A model generated the notes under the pieces. That model worked only from the letters and a program-made list of their open reading frames with translations, made no database searches and was not told the origin of the DNA. Both the position numbers and the translations under genes were made by a program. Below, piece after piece: positions 27,901-39,188 of a stretch of DNA of 64,000 nt. The stretch's first letter is position 1; every line of letters begins with the position of its first letter. This DNA comes from Octopus bimaculoides (Eukaryota): positions 208,817-272,816 of the forward strand of contig NC_068993.1 in assembly GCF_001194135.2 (NCBI RefSeq), read 5' to 3'.

Positions 27901-30900
27901 ATACTTCATAAACATTCTAATTAAATATAAATACTTCATAAACATTCTAATTAAATATAAATACTTCATAAACATTCTAATTAAATATAAATACTTCATA
28001 AACATTCTAATTAAATATAAATACTTCATAAACATTCTAATTAAATATAAATACTTCATAAGCATTCTAATTAAATATAAATACTTCAGTTGATATTAAA
28101 AGGTTTTAAATTACATTACCTTGATAAAAAAAATATGGCATTTCATTTCAGGCTATTTATTATCGAGGAATTGTGAAAATCCACTTGAATATGTGTGATT
28201 TTATCCGTGATTTTAATAAATCTCTTGCATCTAACCGTCGCAATGCTCAGGTAAGTAAATCATGTGAACAATTTTATTTCTAAATTTTCTTATTTCTCCT
28301 TTACACTACCAATTCCTTAATGCAACCAGTTGAAAACCCTAAACCCTACAACTGCTGTCTCTAACCTGCTAGATTCAGTGATATCTCCATTATAAAGTTA
28401 CTTGGAAACATTCTGTTCAAAGTTTTCTTCTCCTTTATAATTCCATTTGCATCTTGGAATATTGAATTGACTGGGACTTTTATCAATCCCAGATGGGTAA
28501 AAGAGAATGTTAACTTTGGCCAGCTTTGAAATCCCAAAGACGAGATTTCTTTGGGAAAAGTGATGCATCATTGCATGGTTTCTTTTATAAGAGATCATGC
28601 GTAGACCTGTCCAAATATTGAAAAATTTAATCTGAATAAAGCAAAAGAAGAAAGCAATTAGTTATTTATACAGGTGGCTGTATTAAAGTAAACCCAGCCT
28701 CGTCGGTTTCGATTCCCTGTAAAGATTAAAGGATTTAATTAAATGATTAAAAGATTAAAGGATTTAATTACTTTGACTTTTAATTCCTTTACACTTTTAA
28801 GAAAATTTATGGATGCAAAAAGGAATCACATGAGTAAATTTATTCAAGGTGTTTGGTCCAAAACATTTAAGGATGGTAAGGGATTCCCTTATACACAACT
28901 TGCATTTGCTAATATTTCCTTTGAAGTTAGGGGTTCTAGAAACGATGGACTATTCTAGATAATAATTCTTGTTATTCCTCTCCAAATCATGTCTATGGGA
29001 TGCAAGTGTGGTTGAGTTACAGTATTTATCCTTAGAAAACGAGCTCATATGGGATCTATATCTAACTTTAAAATCTACTGTGCTACCTATATAGAATTTA
29101 TCTACATATTTATATACAACGTAAGATCAGAGTGGAGCCTGGTGCAGCCTTCTGGCTTGCTAGTCCTCAGTCAAATCGTCCAACCCATGCTAGCATGGAA
29201 AGTGGACGTTAAACGATGATGATGATGTAAGTAACCAGGCAGGAACCATCCAAGGGACACAATTCGGGGTTTCTACAATTACATTTCTTCCCAGGGCCTT
29301 TTCCTAGTTTTATTTTTACTTTTACTTTTCGCACCATCAGTTCTCCCCATGCCCTATTGAAGGACAAACCTGATATTTTATGTATTATTTATAAAAAGAA
29401 AAAGAAAGCGGGGGAAAGGAAACTGCACATATAATAACATAACTTAGAAGCAGCACTACGGATGTGCCAGCACACACGAGCTTGAGACATGGCAGTCCCC
29501 ACGCACTTCTCATGAGGGGTTCTGGAAGGGGCTTCGTGAGACGCTTCCAGAAACAAAAAAAAAACGTTGGAAAACCGATTATAGCAGTGACTCGATCAAT
29601 TCCTAGGGATATCTGAAGAAGGAATTTTTATATTCCGAAATATTATATCAGACTATGGATGATTAAATTACACCAGTTATTATAATCCATTGTTGTTACT
29701 ATAGTGCATTGTTATGCCATTCAAAACACATTATTGTTTTACAATAAATATATATAGTATCATCATCATCATTAACATCTACTTTCCCTGCAGGCATGAG
29801 TTAGACAACACTTTCTCCAGACTAAAAATAGAATAAAAATGTGCAATATCATTGATATTAACTGAAAAAGATAATTTTTATAATTATTATTAATCAATGA
29901 TTTATACAATTTTTGAGATCAATGCTTTAATATAGAAATTTTGATTTATTTTATTAAACCGTTTTACCATCATTCACTTTATTTGAAAATAAGTTAATGT
30001 CACAATTTTGTTTTTGATTAATGAAATATAACGAAATTTTTTAATGTCAGGTTTTCCTAAGTAGAGCCTGTTATTTTGGTATGCTAAAGAACTATCCAAA
30101 AGCAATATTAAATTGCAATGAAGCCCTTGCAATAGAACCTCAAAATATTAAAGGATTACTCTACAGGTATCAATGTTTGGCTTCTTTCTGTTTTTAAATT
30201 TTTGATAAAAATCTTCAATTGCCAACCTTCTTTAAATTCAATAAGATTTTTGTCTCTGCTGCATTTCATTTATTTTCAAATGTTCAGTGCTATCAATGCT
30301 CCCCCCCCCCACTTCAAGCAAAGCAATTAAACATAAAAAAGAACTCATTAAATTATTTCTAATTTACATTAAAACAATGAAAAGTCATCTTTAGTGGCAT
30401 TAAAACTGCTATGCAAACATTTTGTATTTTGCTTTCTATGTTATGTTAGATTGTTAAAATTTTTGTTTGTTTAAAGAACATAAAAGATAGAGATTTTTCT
30501 TATTTTCCAGGGGAGCTTTAAAGTATTTCATAGGAGCATATAAATTTGCCATCATTGACCTGACAGAAGCCATCAAAATACATAATCATGTAGCTGTAAC
30601 TTATCTTAATCGAGCAATCTGCTATGCAGCTTATGGGAAAAAGACCAAGGTTTGTATTTAACCATGGACATTTGTATCCGGCTGAATAAAAAGTAAGCAA
30701 CGTTTTGAAACATGAAATTCATCACAATATATTTCAACAATTTGGAAACTTTATTCATCTAAGTAAGTACCAAAACAATCAACACATTTTTGCCAACGAG
30801 TTACAAGTTTGTTTATTCCGGTAACATAACAATCTGGAGTCCTGGAGCTGATGAACTCTTTGAATGCAATTTCAGCATTGGTTTGATTTTTGAACTCCTT

Positions 30901-33900
30901 CTCTCACAGGAAACCATCAGGTGCTTGAAAAAGTGGTTGACGGTAGGAGAAGGGTCTGGGGAATAAGCTGGGTGGGGGAGAACCTCATAGCCAAGTTCTC
31001 TCAACTTCTGGAGCGTCATTAGTGGAACGTGTTGTCGAGCATTGTCATGAAGAATGATTGGCCCTCTTTTGTTGACCAGTCTGGGATGGAGAAGTAGCAA
31101 TTTTTCGTTAATTTTGGCAATTTCATGGCAATATGCTTCTGTAGTAATGGTTTTTCCAGGTTTTAAGAAGTTTTAGTGGATGAGTCCAGCAGTACACTAC
31201 CAAAGAGTCACCATAACCTTCGTTTTCAAGAGCTTGGGTTTAGGCAAGGTTTTCTGTGCTTCATTTTGGTCTAGCCACTGCAAAGAACATTTGTTATTGT
31301 ACAGAATCCACTTTTCATCACAAGTTACAACACGGTTGAGAAATGGATTGGTCTGGTTACAGAGAAGCAATGAGCAAATTTCATATCTGCACATTTTCTG
31401 ATTTTTCATTCAAATCGTGTGGTACCCATTTGTTGAGCTTTTTTGATTTTCCAATCGCATGCAAATGGTTGCAGGCAGTTTTCTGGCTAACTGGAAGTTT
31501 TTTTGCCAGTTCTTGAGTGGTTTTATGTGGATCTTTCTAAGTGACAGTCTTTAATTGACCATCATTGATGACAGATGGGCGTCCATTACACTCATGATCT
31601 TCAAGGCTCAGATCTCCACTGCGAAAACGTTTAAACCATTTTCATGCTGACCACTCACTGGTCGTTTCCTCACCAAACGTTACGTTGATAATGTGAGCAG
31701 TTTCAGCTGCTTTACGTCCTTTCTCGAAGTTGAATAGCAAAATTGGTCGAATACCGTGCTTTGACAGTTCCATTTCAGATGATTGTAACAACAGCGAAAA
31801 AAGAATATCAATGTTAATTTATTGATGCATTCGGGCAAGACTGTGTCTCTATTATCAGACAACTGCAAAAATATGTTTTTAAAAAATTCAAAATTCTGCA
31901 AAAATTTGGTACAAATTCTTCGTGGTTCAAAATGTTGCTTATTTCTTACTCAGCCTGAGATATCTCAGAGAATGATAGAAAATATGTGAGGTGTTGAAGA
32001 TGAGGTAAGTCTAAGTTGTAACTCAGAAAAGAAGGAGAGAAGATATGAAATAAATATTTTGTATTATATATTTATTGAATCTATTAAATACATATTTTAT
32101 ATCAAATATACCTTTTATATTTGAAGGCTTTACGGGATTATGCTATTGCATTGCTTATTGGAGGAAAAATGGATTACAAAGTAAGAACTGTTTTATTTTC
32201 ATTGTTGCTGTTTTATTTACATTTGTTTTCGTAATGATTCACCTTACAATATAAAAAAAAAAAAACTTTCACCTGCATAAAGCCATAACTAAATGCTCTT
32301 AACAGAAACTTTATTATTTCAGATTCAATATCAACTGATATAGTTCTTAAATCTTTTCATCTGTCAACAGGTTTATGTGAACCGAGGACTTTTGTATTAT
32401 TCATTGAATGATATTTCAAATGCTTTCAATGATTTTAAAAGTGCCATAAAGATTTATGGCGGAGATCACAGAGTCTTCCATATTTTAGGACTGATTTTGC
32501 ACAGGTAATGGTGATCATAATTATTTTACTGAAATGTTGTCATTCTATGTAACTGAAATATTCCAAAACCTTATCTTTTGTCTTTCTACAGCCACAGTGA
32601 TAAGCATAAATCCCACTTTCTGGTGAGAATGTAGTTGATCTGGCTAGCATGGTCATGTTCTTGTACGTCATGGGCAAGCAGTACAAAATTTCTGTTCAAT
32701 AAAGATTTTAAGTCCTTTTAATTAGTAGTGACTGTATTGGGCTGAACTTGTTTGGCCAAATCTCTTTGACTTATCCAGTTCTCAAAGAGTGCCATATCAC
32801 TCATTTTAGTTTCTATAACTTCCTCTGTAGTTCTTCATCTATAATGGAAACTTTATTGCATTGCAGTATATTCTATGATGTGATAACAATTCCAGTATTA
32901 ATAACTGAACTTTAAACTTCAATAATTAAAGGAGTTGCATAGGAATGTCTCTCTCTCTCTCTCTCTGTCCAGGTCGCAGAAGTTCCTCTTCTCATTATGC
33001 TTTGGGAAACAGTATTTATAAGAAATAGCTCCAAAATCAATGTAATAATTAGTGTGTTCTGGGTTTATTAACATGATTTTTTTCTTTGATAATTTAAATA
33101 ATTAAAATATATTAATTTTTAATGAAGCTTTTTAATTGTTGTTTCATATTTAGACTGGAGAGGTTAGATGTGGCTCTAAAGGTGTTTACTCGGTCGATTA
33201 TTCTTCAACCAACGTTTCAAGAAGCCTTTATCAGTCGAGCTAACATCTACATGGATTATCTAACTGATGAAAACAACCAATTGGCCAAGTAAGTTGATTT
33301 CTATGACTTTTCTTCTCATGACATTCATTAACAGGTATTTATGAAGAGAATTCATCTTTATCAATTATTTGTTTTCTCCATCCCAGCATTAGTGCTGCTG
33401 ATTGTTATAGGGGTGGGTTGTTGTTAGTGGTAGGGGCTGAGAGAGATAATAGAGAACATAGTTGTTGTTATTTGTCTGTAGATCATCTGTGATCCAACAA
33501 AAGCTCTCCAACCTTGACCATCCTGTTTGAAATCTTTTTTCAGCTATAATGCATATTGGACTATATTATTCAATGTGTTCTTTCCTTTCTTAAGGCTGTG
33601 GGATGTTTCTCATACCTTGAAGGTCCACTGTGACACTCCATGACTATTTCATAACTATTTCTAGCTCGACCTCAGCCACTCCTACCCTCTCTTCTATAAT
33701 GTGAGGAGCCATGTAGTTCTTCTACAGTAAAACAAAAAATTGGTTCTGCTCTGCCCTTCTAACCTCTCATCTCTTAGCATAAAGCTGTCTCCCTTCCTAA
33801 TATGGCCTGGATATCAAATTATGTCGATGATATTACAGAGGTAAGCAAAGGTAATAAGAGCAGAGGTAGCTGTTGTTGTTGTTGCAGGTTTCCACTCAAC

Positions 33901-36900
33901 CATCCCAGATTCACTAGGTTTCTGGCAGTGAGATGCTCAAAGAATTGTCTGTGACTTGGTGTCTTTTAAGAGACTTCATTCCTTTTAAAGTTCTGGAGTT
34001 TTTTTAAAGTTTTTCATTTGTATTTGTCCTCTTCACTGATACACAGCAGTGAAACATTTACATATGCACACACACACACACACGCGCGCATACATGTATA
34101 CAAACACACACACACATGTAGGTGTGTGTGACTAGCTTCCAGTTTTCATCTACAAAAGTCTTCTCCAAGTTTTAGATCAACCTAAAGCTAGAGAAGATAC
34201 TTGCCTAAGGTACATGCCTGCATTCATATTTATTAAGGGATGTTAACTGTTATTTCTAGTAGGTTGCACATGACTATATAAAAGTTCCCACATTGACTTT
34301 TCAAAGATTTTTTGCTGCTGGTATCCATAAAGTGTAATGAGTGGTGTGTTCTAACTTTTGATCTTTATTGATGGTATGTTTAATCCCCTCCCACACGCAC
34401 GTGTGTATGCGTCGACTGTTTCCATGTAATTACAGTCTGAGCCCCTTACATAAGATATTTGTAAAACTGGATTTCATTCTAAATTGTAAAACTTCTAAGT
34501 ATTTTTATTTCCGTTTTTCATCTTCACAATGCAACTAATTTTGTACTCTTAACTTTTGGAATCAATAAAATTGATCTCTTACTAAACTGTCTGTCTTAAT
34601 ATCTTTCAGGTGTGATTACCAACGTGCCATCAAACTAAATCCAACCAATTGTTTAGCCTATGTGTCTTTAGGCATTTTTCTACAAGTGGAACGTAACTTC
34701 CAATTAGCTTGGCATCAATTTACCAATGCTATATTAATTAATCCATGTAACTAATCATTTTATTAACACTATATTAATTAATCCATGTTAAGTAATTGTT
34801 TTACTAAACTATTTTTATTGAAATACTTTTTATAACATCCTAATTAGAAAGGAAAGACATTATCAAATGTAAAGAATGTACTAAATTGTATTGGATGTTA
34901 CTGTTGCTATTTTCAATCTATAGGCTGTGTCCATGCTAGAGCATGAATAATTATAGTTTATCACAAATACTATTTTGTTAGATAATTAACTGATTATAAT
35001 TTTAAATGTTTATATTTATAACCAGATTATTGTCAGAATTGGATTCATTGATTTCATTTGTGTTGTGTTTAACCCTTGGTCTGTCTTAATCCAGCAGACT
35101 TATGATCAGAAGTATTTCAGTCATGGTCATTCCATCTATGGTTCAGCTACAGTGTATCTAGGACTACATTATCCAAGGTGTCCTTCTCTCATTCAGAGTA
35201 TCTCTGAATAATGGGAATGCATTTCATAAAGAAACTGAAGCCAGACTCAAAGATACCTGGACTGGTGAAGGGACTTGAGGGGATAAGTACCTTATTAGGA
35301 GTAAATGGTGTTTGTGCTCAGTTTCTCTCTCAACATCAGACAATGATTAATTAACTGCAATTAACTCATCATTGAATTCATCAAGTTATTACTTGTAAAC
35401 AAGGAACTAATTTACAATCTCTTACTATGATGTACTTCCATGAAATAACCTATCTTCTTATGACAGTAGAATTGTGCAATTAAAGTAACAAAAATCATTT
35501 TTAGTATCTAATTTGAAAATATGGACAAATAAACATTCCATACTTTAATTGATAATACCATAGACCTGCAAGTGAATTCTGTCAAAAAGTTCGCAGCTAT
35601 TTTTCATTATTAAATGCTGCCTGTAATGTTTAATATAATGTTTTGCAAAGAGATTTGTCTCAAAACATTCAGTTTACTATTGTTTACCCTGTACAACAAA
35701 GATCTTGTGTTGTTTATTATTTCTATATCACATTCAGTACAGCTGCACCATCTTTCTTCCATTTCTGTTATCTTATACAGCTAGATATCTGTAAATAAAT
35801 ACATAATTCTATATAATGGCTTGGAATTAGGTAGGGATTTCTCTTCCTGTCTATAGAAATCAGCAAACAAAGTATTTACTAATGCATGTTTGAGCTTTGC
35901 CAATCTGAGATTCAATTATTATTCATCCATGAAACAACAAGAATCTTTAAAAAATGATGTGTACATCCATTCTGTGTACACAAACATGAGAACAGCATTC
36001 TTTGTTGGATTTTGTCTTGTAAGCACCACACATGCTCCAAATGACATCGGCACATTATCAGAAACCATTGTTTTGGCTTGATTTAGCTTTCTCTGAGATA
36101 GATTTGACTATTTTCATCTTTTGTGCAAAATGGTTCCACCTATGCTGTTTTAGTCTGATAATTGTTTGGTCATAGTTTCTGCTTTAGAGAAATCTGACCT
36201 TGCATCAAACTATTTGATAATTTTGCTTGACCAACACATAGTTCTTAATTTATCATTTTGTATTAAAATAAAACAGTCTCTTAGTTATACTGAATGTAGA
36301 CATTTTTCTGACTTATAAAGCCTTTTTCACACAACTATATACGTGTGTCTGCACTCGTTCGTTTGTTGTCTTAATAATGAAAATGACTTTCTGTCATAAG
36401 ACACTGATGACTATTTCTTTAATCTAAGATACATTTCCTTTTTTTTTTGTGTAGGTTATCAACCAGCTTATGAAGCTCGAGCAATCTTAAATTTACAAAT
36501 GGGTAGCAAATACCCAGCTTTTCAAGACCTCACTCTTGCCCTACAGATCTCTCCCACTGCAGAGTTATTTAACAATCGAGGTGTTGTTAATCAGGTAAGA
36601 ATTCAGATTGTTTTTGGTGCTTAAAATAATCGATCAGAAAACAATTTTGACATTTGGGGAAATGTTTTCCACCATAAACTTAGATTAATGAAGCCTTATC
36701 AGTGAAATTAAATAATTTTTCTTAAATAACTGTGGAAGCTCATTAGATGGACTGAACCTCACCACCTTGTCTTTCAGTTCCTCTGGCAGAATCTACACTG
36801 TTGCCTGGCCTAGACCTAACTTCTTTCTATTATCTCATTAATAGGCAATACCATTCCTCCTGGATTTACCATAGAGATTTTTTTTTTTAATTTGCAATAA

Positions 36901-39127
36901 AAAACTATTTACTTGAAAAATGTTTAATTAATGAATGCTTTCATCAGTTTAAAAGTGTTTCTGTCTTTGCTGAGATTCTAAACAATGTTATTGCAAAATG
37001 AACAGCTGAAACTATCAATACATCATCATCATTATCTTTGAGTCTCTATGAAATCACCTAAACAAGAAAGGGTTTGTGAATTTGAGATTATTGATTATAA
37101 AACTAAAAACATTTTAAAATTCTGAAAATAATGTTCAAACAATTTGTAGAAAATTCCTGCTAATTACCATGACAAGATCAATTATTCTTGTGACTGCCAA
37201 CATTTTTCTAAAGCTTTTTTTACTAAATTCTAATCTATTTCTTGCGTCAGATGATGAATTCTCTTGTGGCAGCTCTGCACGACTATTACAAAGCCATAGA
37301 AACTGATCGCACCTTTGCTTTGGCTTATTTCAATGCTGGAACTTTACATTTACAAGGAAGATTTTTCAAACAGGTTACATTCTGATTTTCAATTCCGTTC
37401 TAATTCTAAATGTTCTTCTATTTAAAGGCACTTGTTTTATTCCTAGAAAGGTACCCAACTGGATTAGAAATAGGTACACTTTTTTAAACTAAAAGCAATA
37501 ACAATATTCACAAAGAGTAAGATGTTTGTGTTGTGGACTGAAATAGGCATAAGGTCACATGTTTGGGCAAGTACACAGATGGTCCCCTGTATTTCACTGG
37601 TATTTTATGGACTCTGGAAGGATAAAAAGCAAAGTTGATGTTGAATGGATTTCAACCCAAAACATATAAGCCTTTTCATCCAATTTTGCTCTGAAGATTC
37701 TCCCAATCTAAATATTCCAAAATGTCTTGTTTCTAAAAATGAGTTTAAAGAATTATTTTCTGATTTGAATAAATTATGATACAAGGTTATTGGTATTTCA
37801 AGAATGACGATGGCAGTCATGTTTGTGGTTGAGCAAATCAAGAATCAAAGCTGTTTCAATCATGACCAACAATGCCATGTTGTTTTGGGCAAGAAATTCA
37901 CACGCGAGGAGAGCTCAGTGAATGGACCTTTCACCTTTTAATTGTCCTTCTTCTAAAAGTTTGTTGCAGTGTTGTTACTGTGCATGCTGCCCTCTGTTGG
38001 CATGCTACAGAACTAGGCTGGGAACTTTTTAATACATATTTGATACAAGTGTGACTTAACACATTCACTTTGCAAGAGACTCACATGACTACAAAGTCAA
38101 CCTCTTAGTGATGTATTTCCTTGAAATCCTTAATTTAGTGCATTTTAGAATCTTAATGGACCTTTCACCTTTTAATTGTCCTTCTTCTAAAAGTTTGTTG
38201 CAGTGTTGTTACTAATAAATTCTGTGATATTTTATTGCAGGCTTTGGTATATCTTAACAGAGCTATTATGCTTGACAAACAGAATGAATGTGCATATATA
38301 AACCGTGCAATCACCAAAGTGAGTAGTTATAATAATAATAATTTCTAATTTAGGGACAAGACCAGCAGTTTTGAGGGGAGAGGCAAGTCGATAACTCCAA
38401 TACTTGACTGGTTCTTTTGTTTATCAACCCAGGAGAAATGAAAAGCAAAGTGGATGTTGGCAGGATTTGAACCAAGAATATAAAAAGTGGAACAAATACT
38501 GCTAAACATTTTCTCTGACACTCTGATGCAATTTTTTCAAGACTCCATAAAGGACAACATTGATGTCTCTTTTCACAGGGCCTTCATGACTTGAGGGAAG
38601 CAAGAAAGAAGTCATCTTCAGACCAGGAACTTTTCTTAAATGTTTTCAACATCTAAGGACCAGATGCTGTTCAACCAAAAGTCTCTGCTAATAATAGCTA
38701 TATTTGTTGTGATACGAGAGAAAACTGGCTGCTTTTGTTACTTTGAGCAATTAATTATTGAGTGAAGGTGGAAACAGAATGGTAAAGTTTATGGAGTTAT
38801 TACCTCTACTGGTAATAAAGATGTTTCTCTCTCAGACTAAAGGGTAGATTTGTATGATGCTCGTGTTTGAAATGCAGCACTGCTTGATTGAAAGACTTGG
38901 GCACTGAATAAAGAAGATTTATGATAACCAAAAAGTAAAAAGGAAATATATCAAACCTGCCCCATTGGGTGTGTAACAAAGTACAACTGAGCTGAGAGAA
39001 AGTTGGATATAAAAAGGAGCAGATGTTAGGTGCAAGAGAGAAGAATCTGCTTCTATGAGTATAAGATGTGTCTTGTATTGGCTGCTTAGTGTTCTTTATT
39101 CAATTTTCTTACCAACAGCCAACATGT

Positions 39128-39188
<61 letters not shown>

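Noticed and set aside
27814-28065. ORF with repeated MFMKYLYLIR peptide; possible CRISPR-like array
   Set aside because: It is the translation of a 30-bp head-to-tail minisatellite. There are no spacers or cas genes, and the context is eukaryotic.
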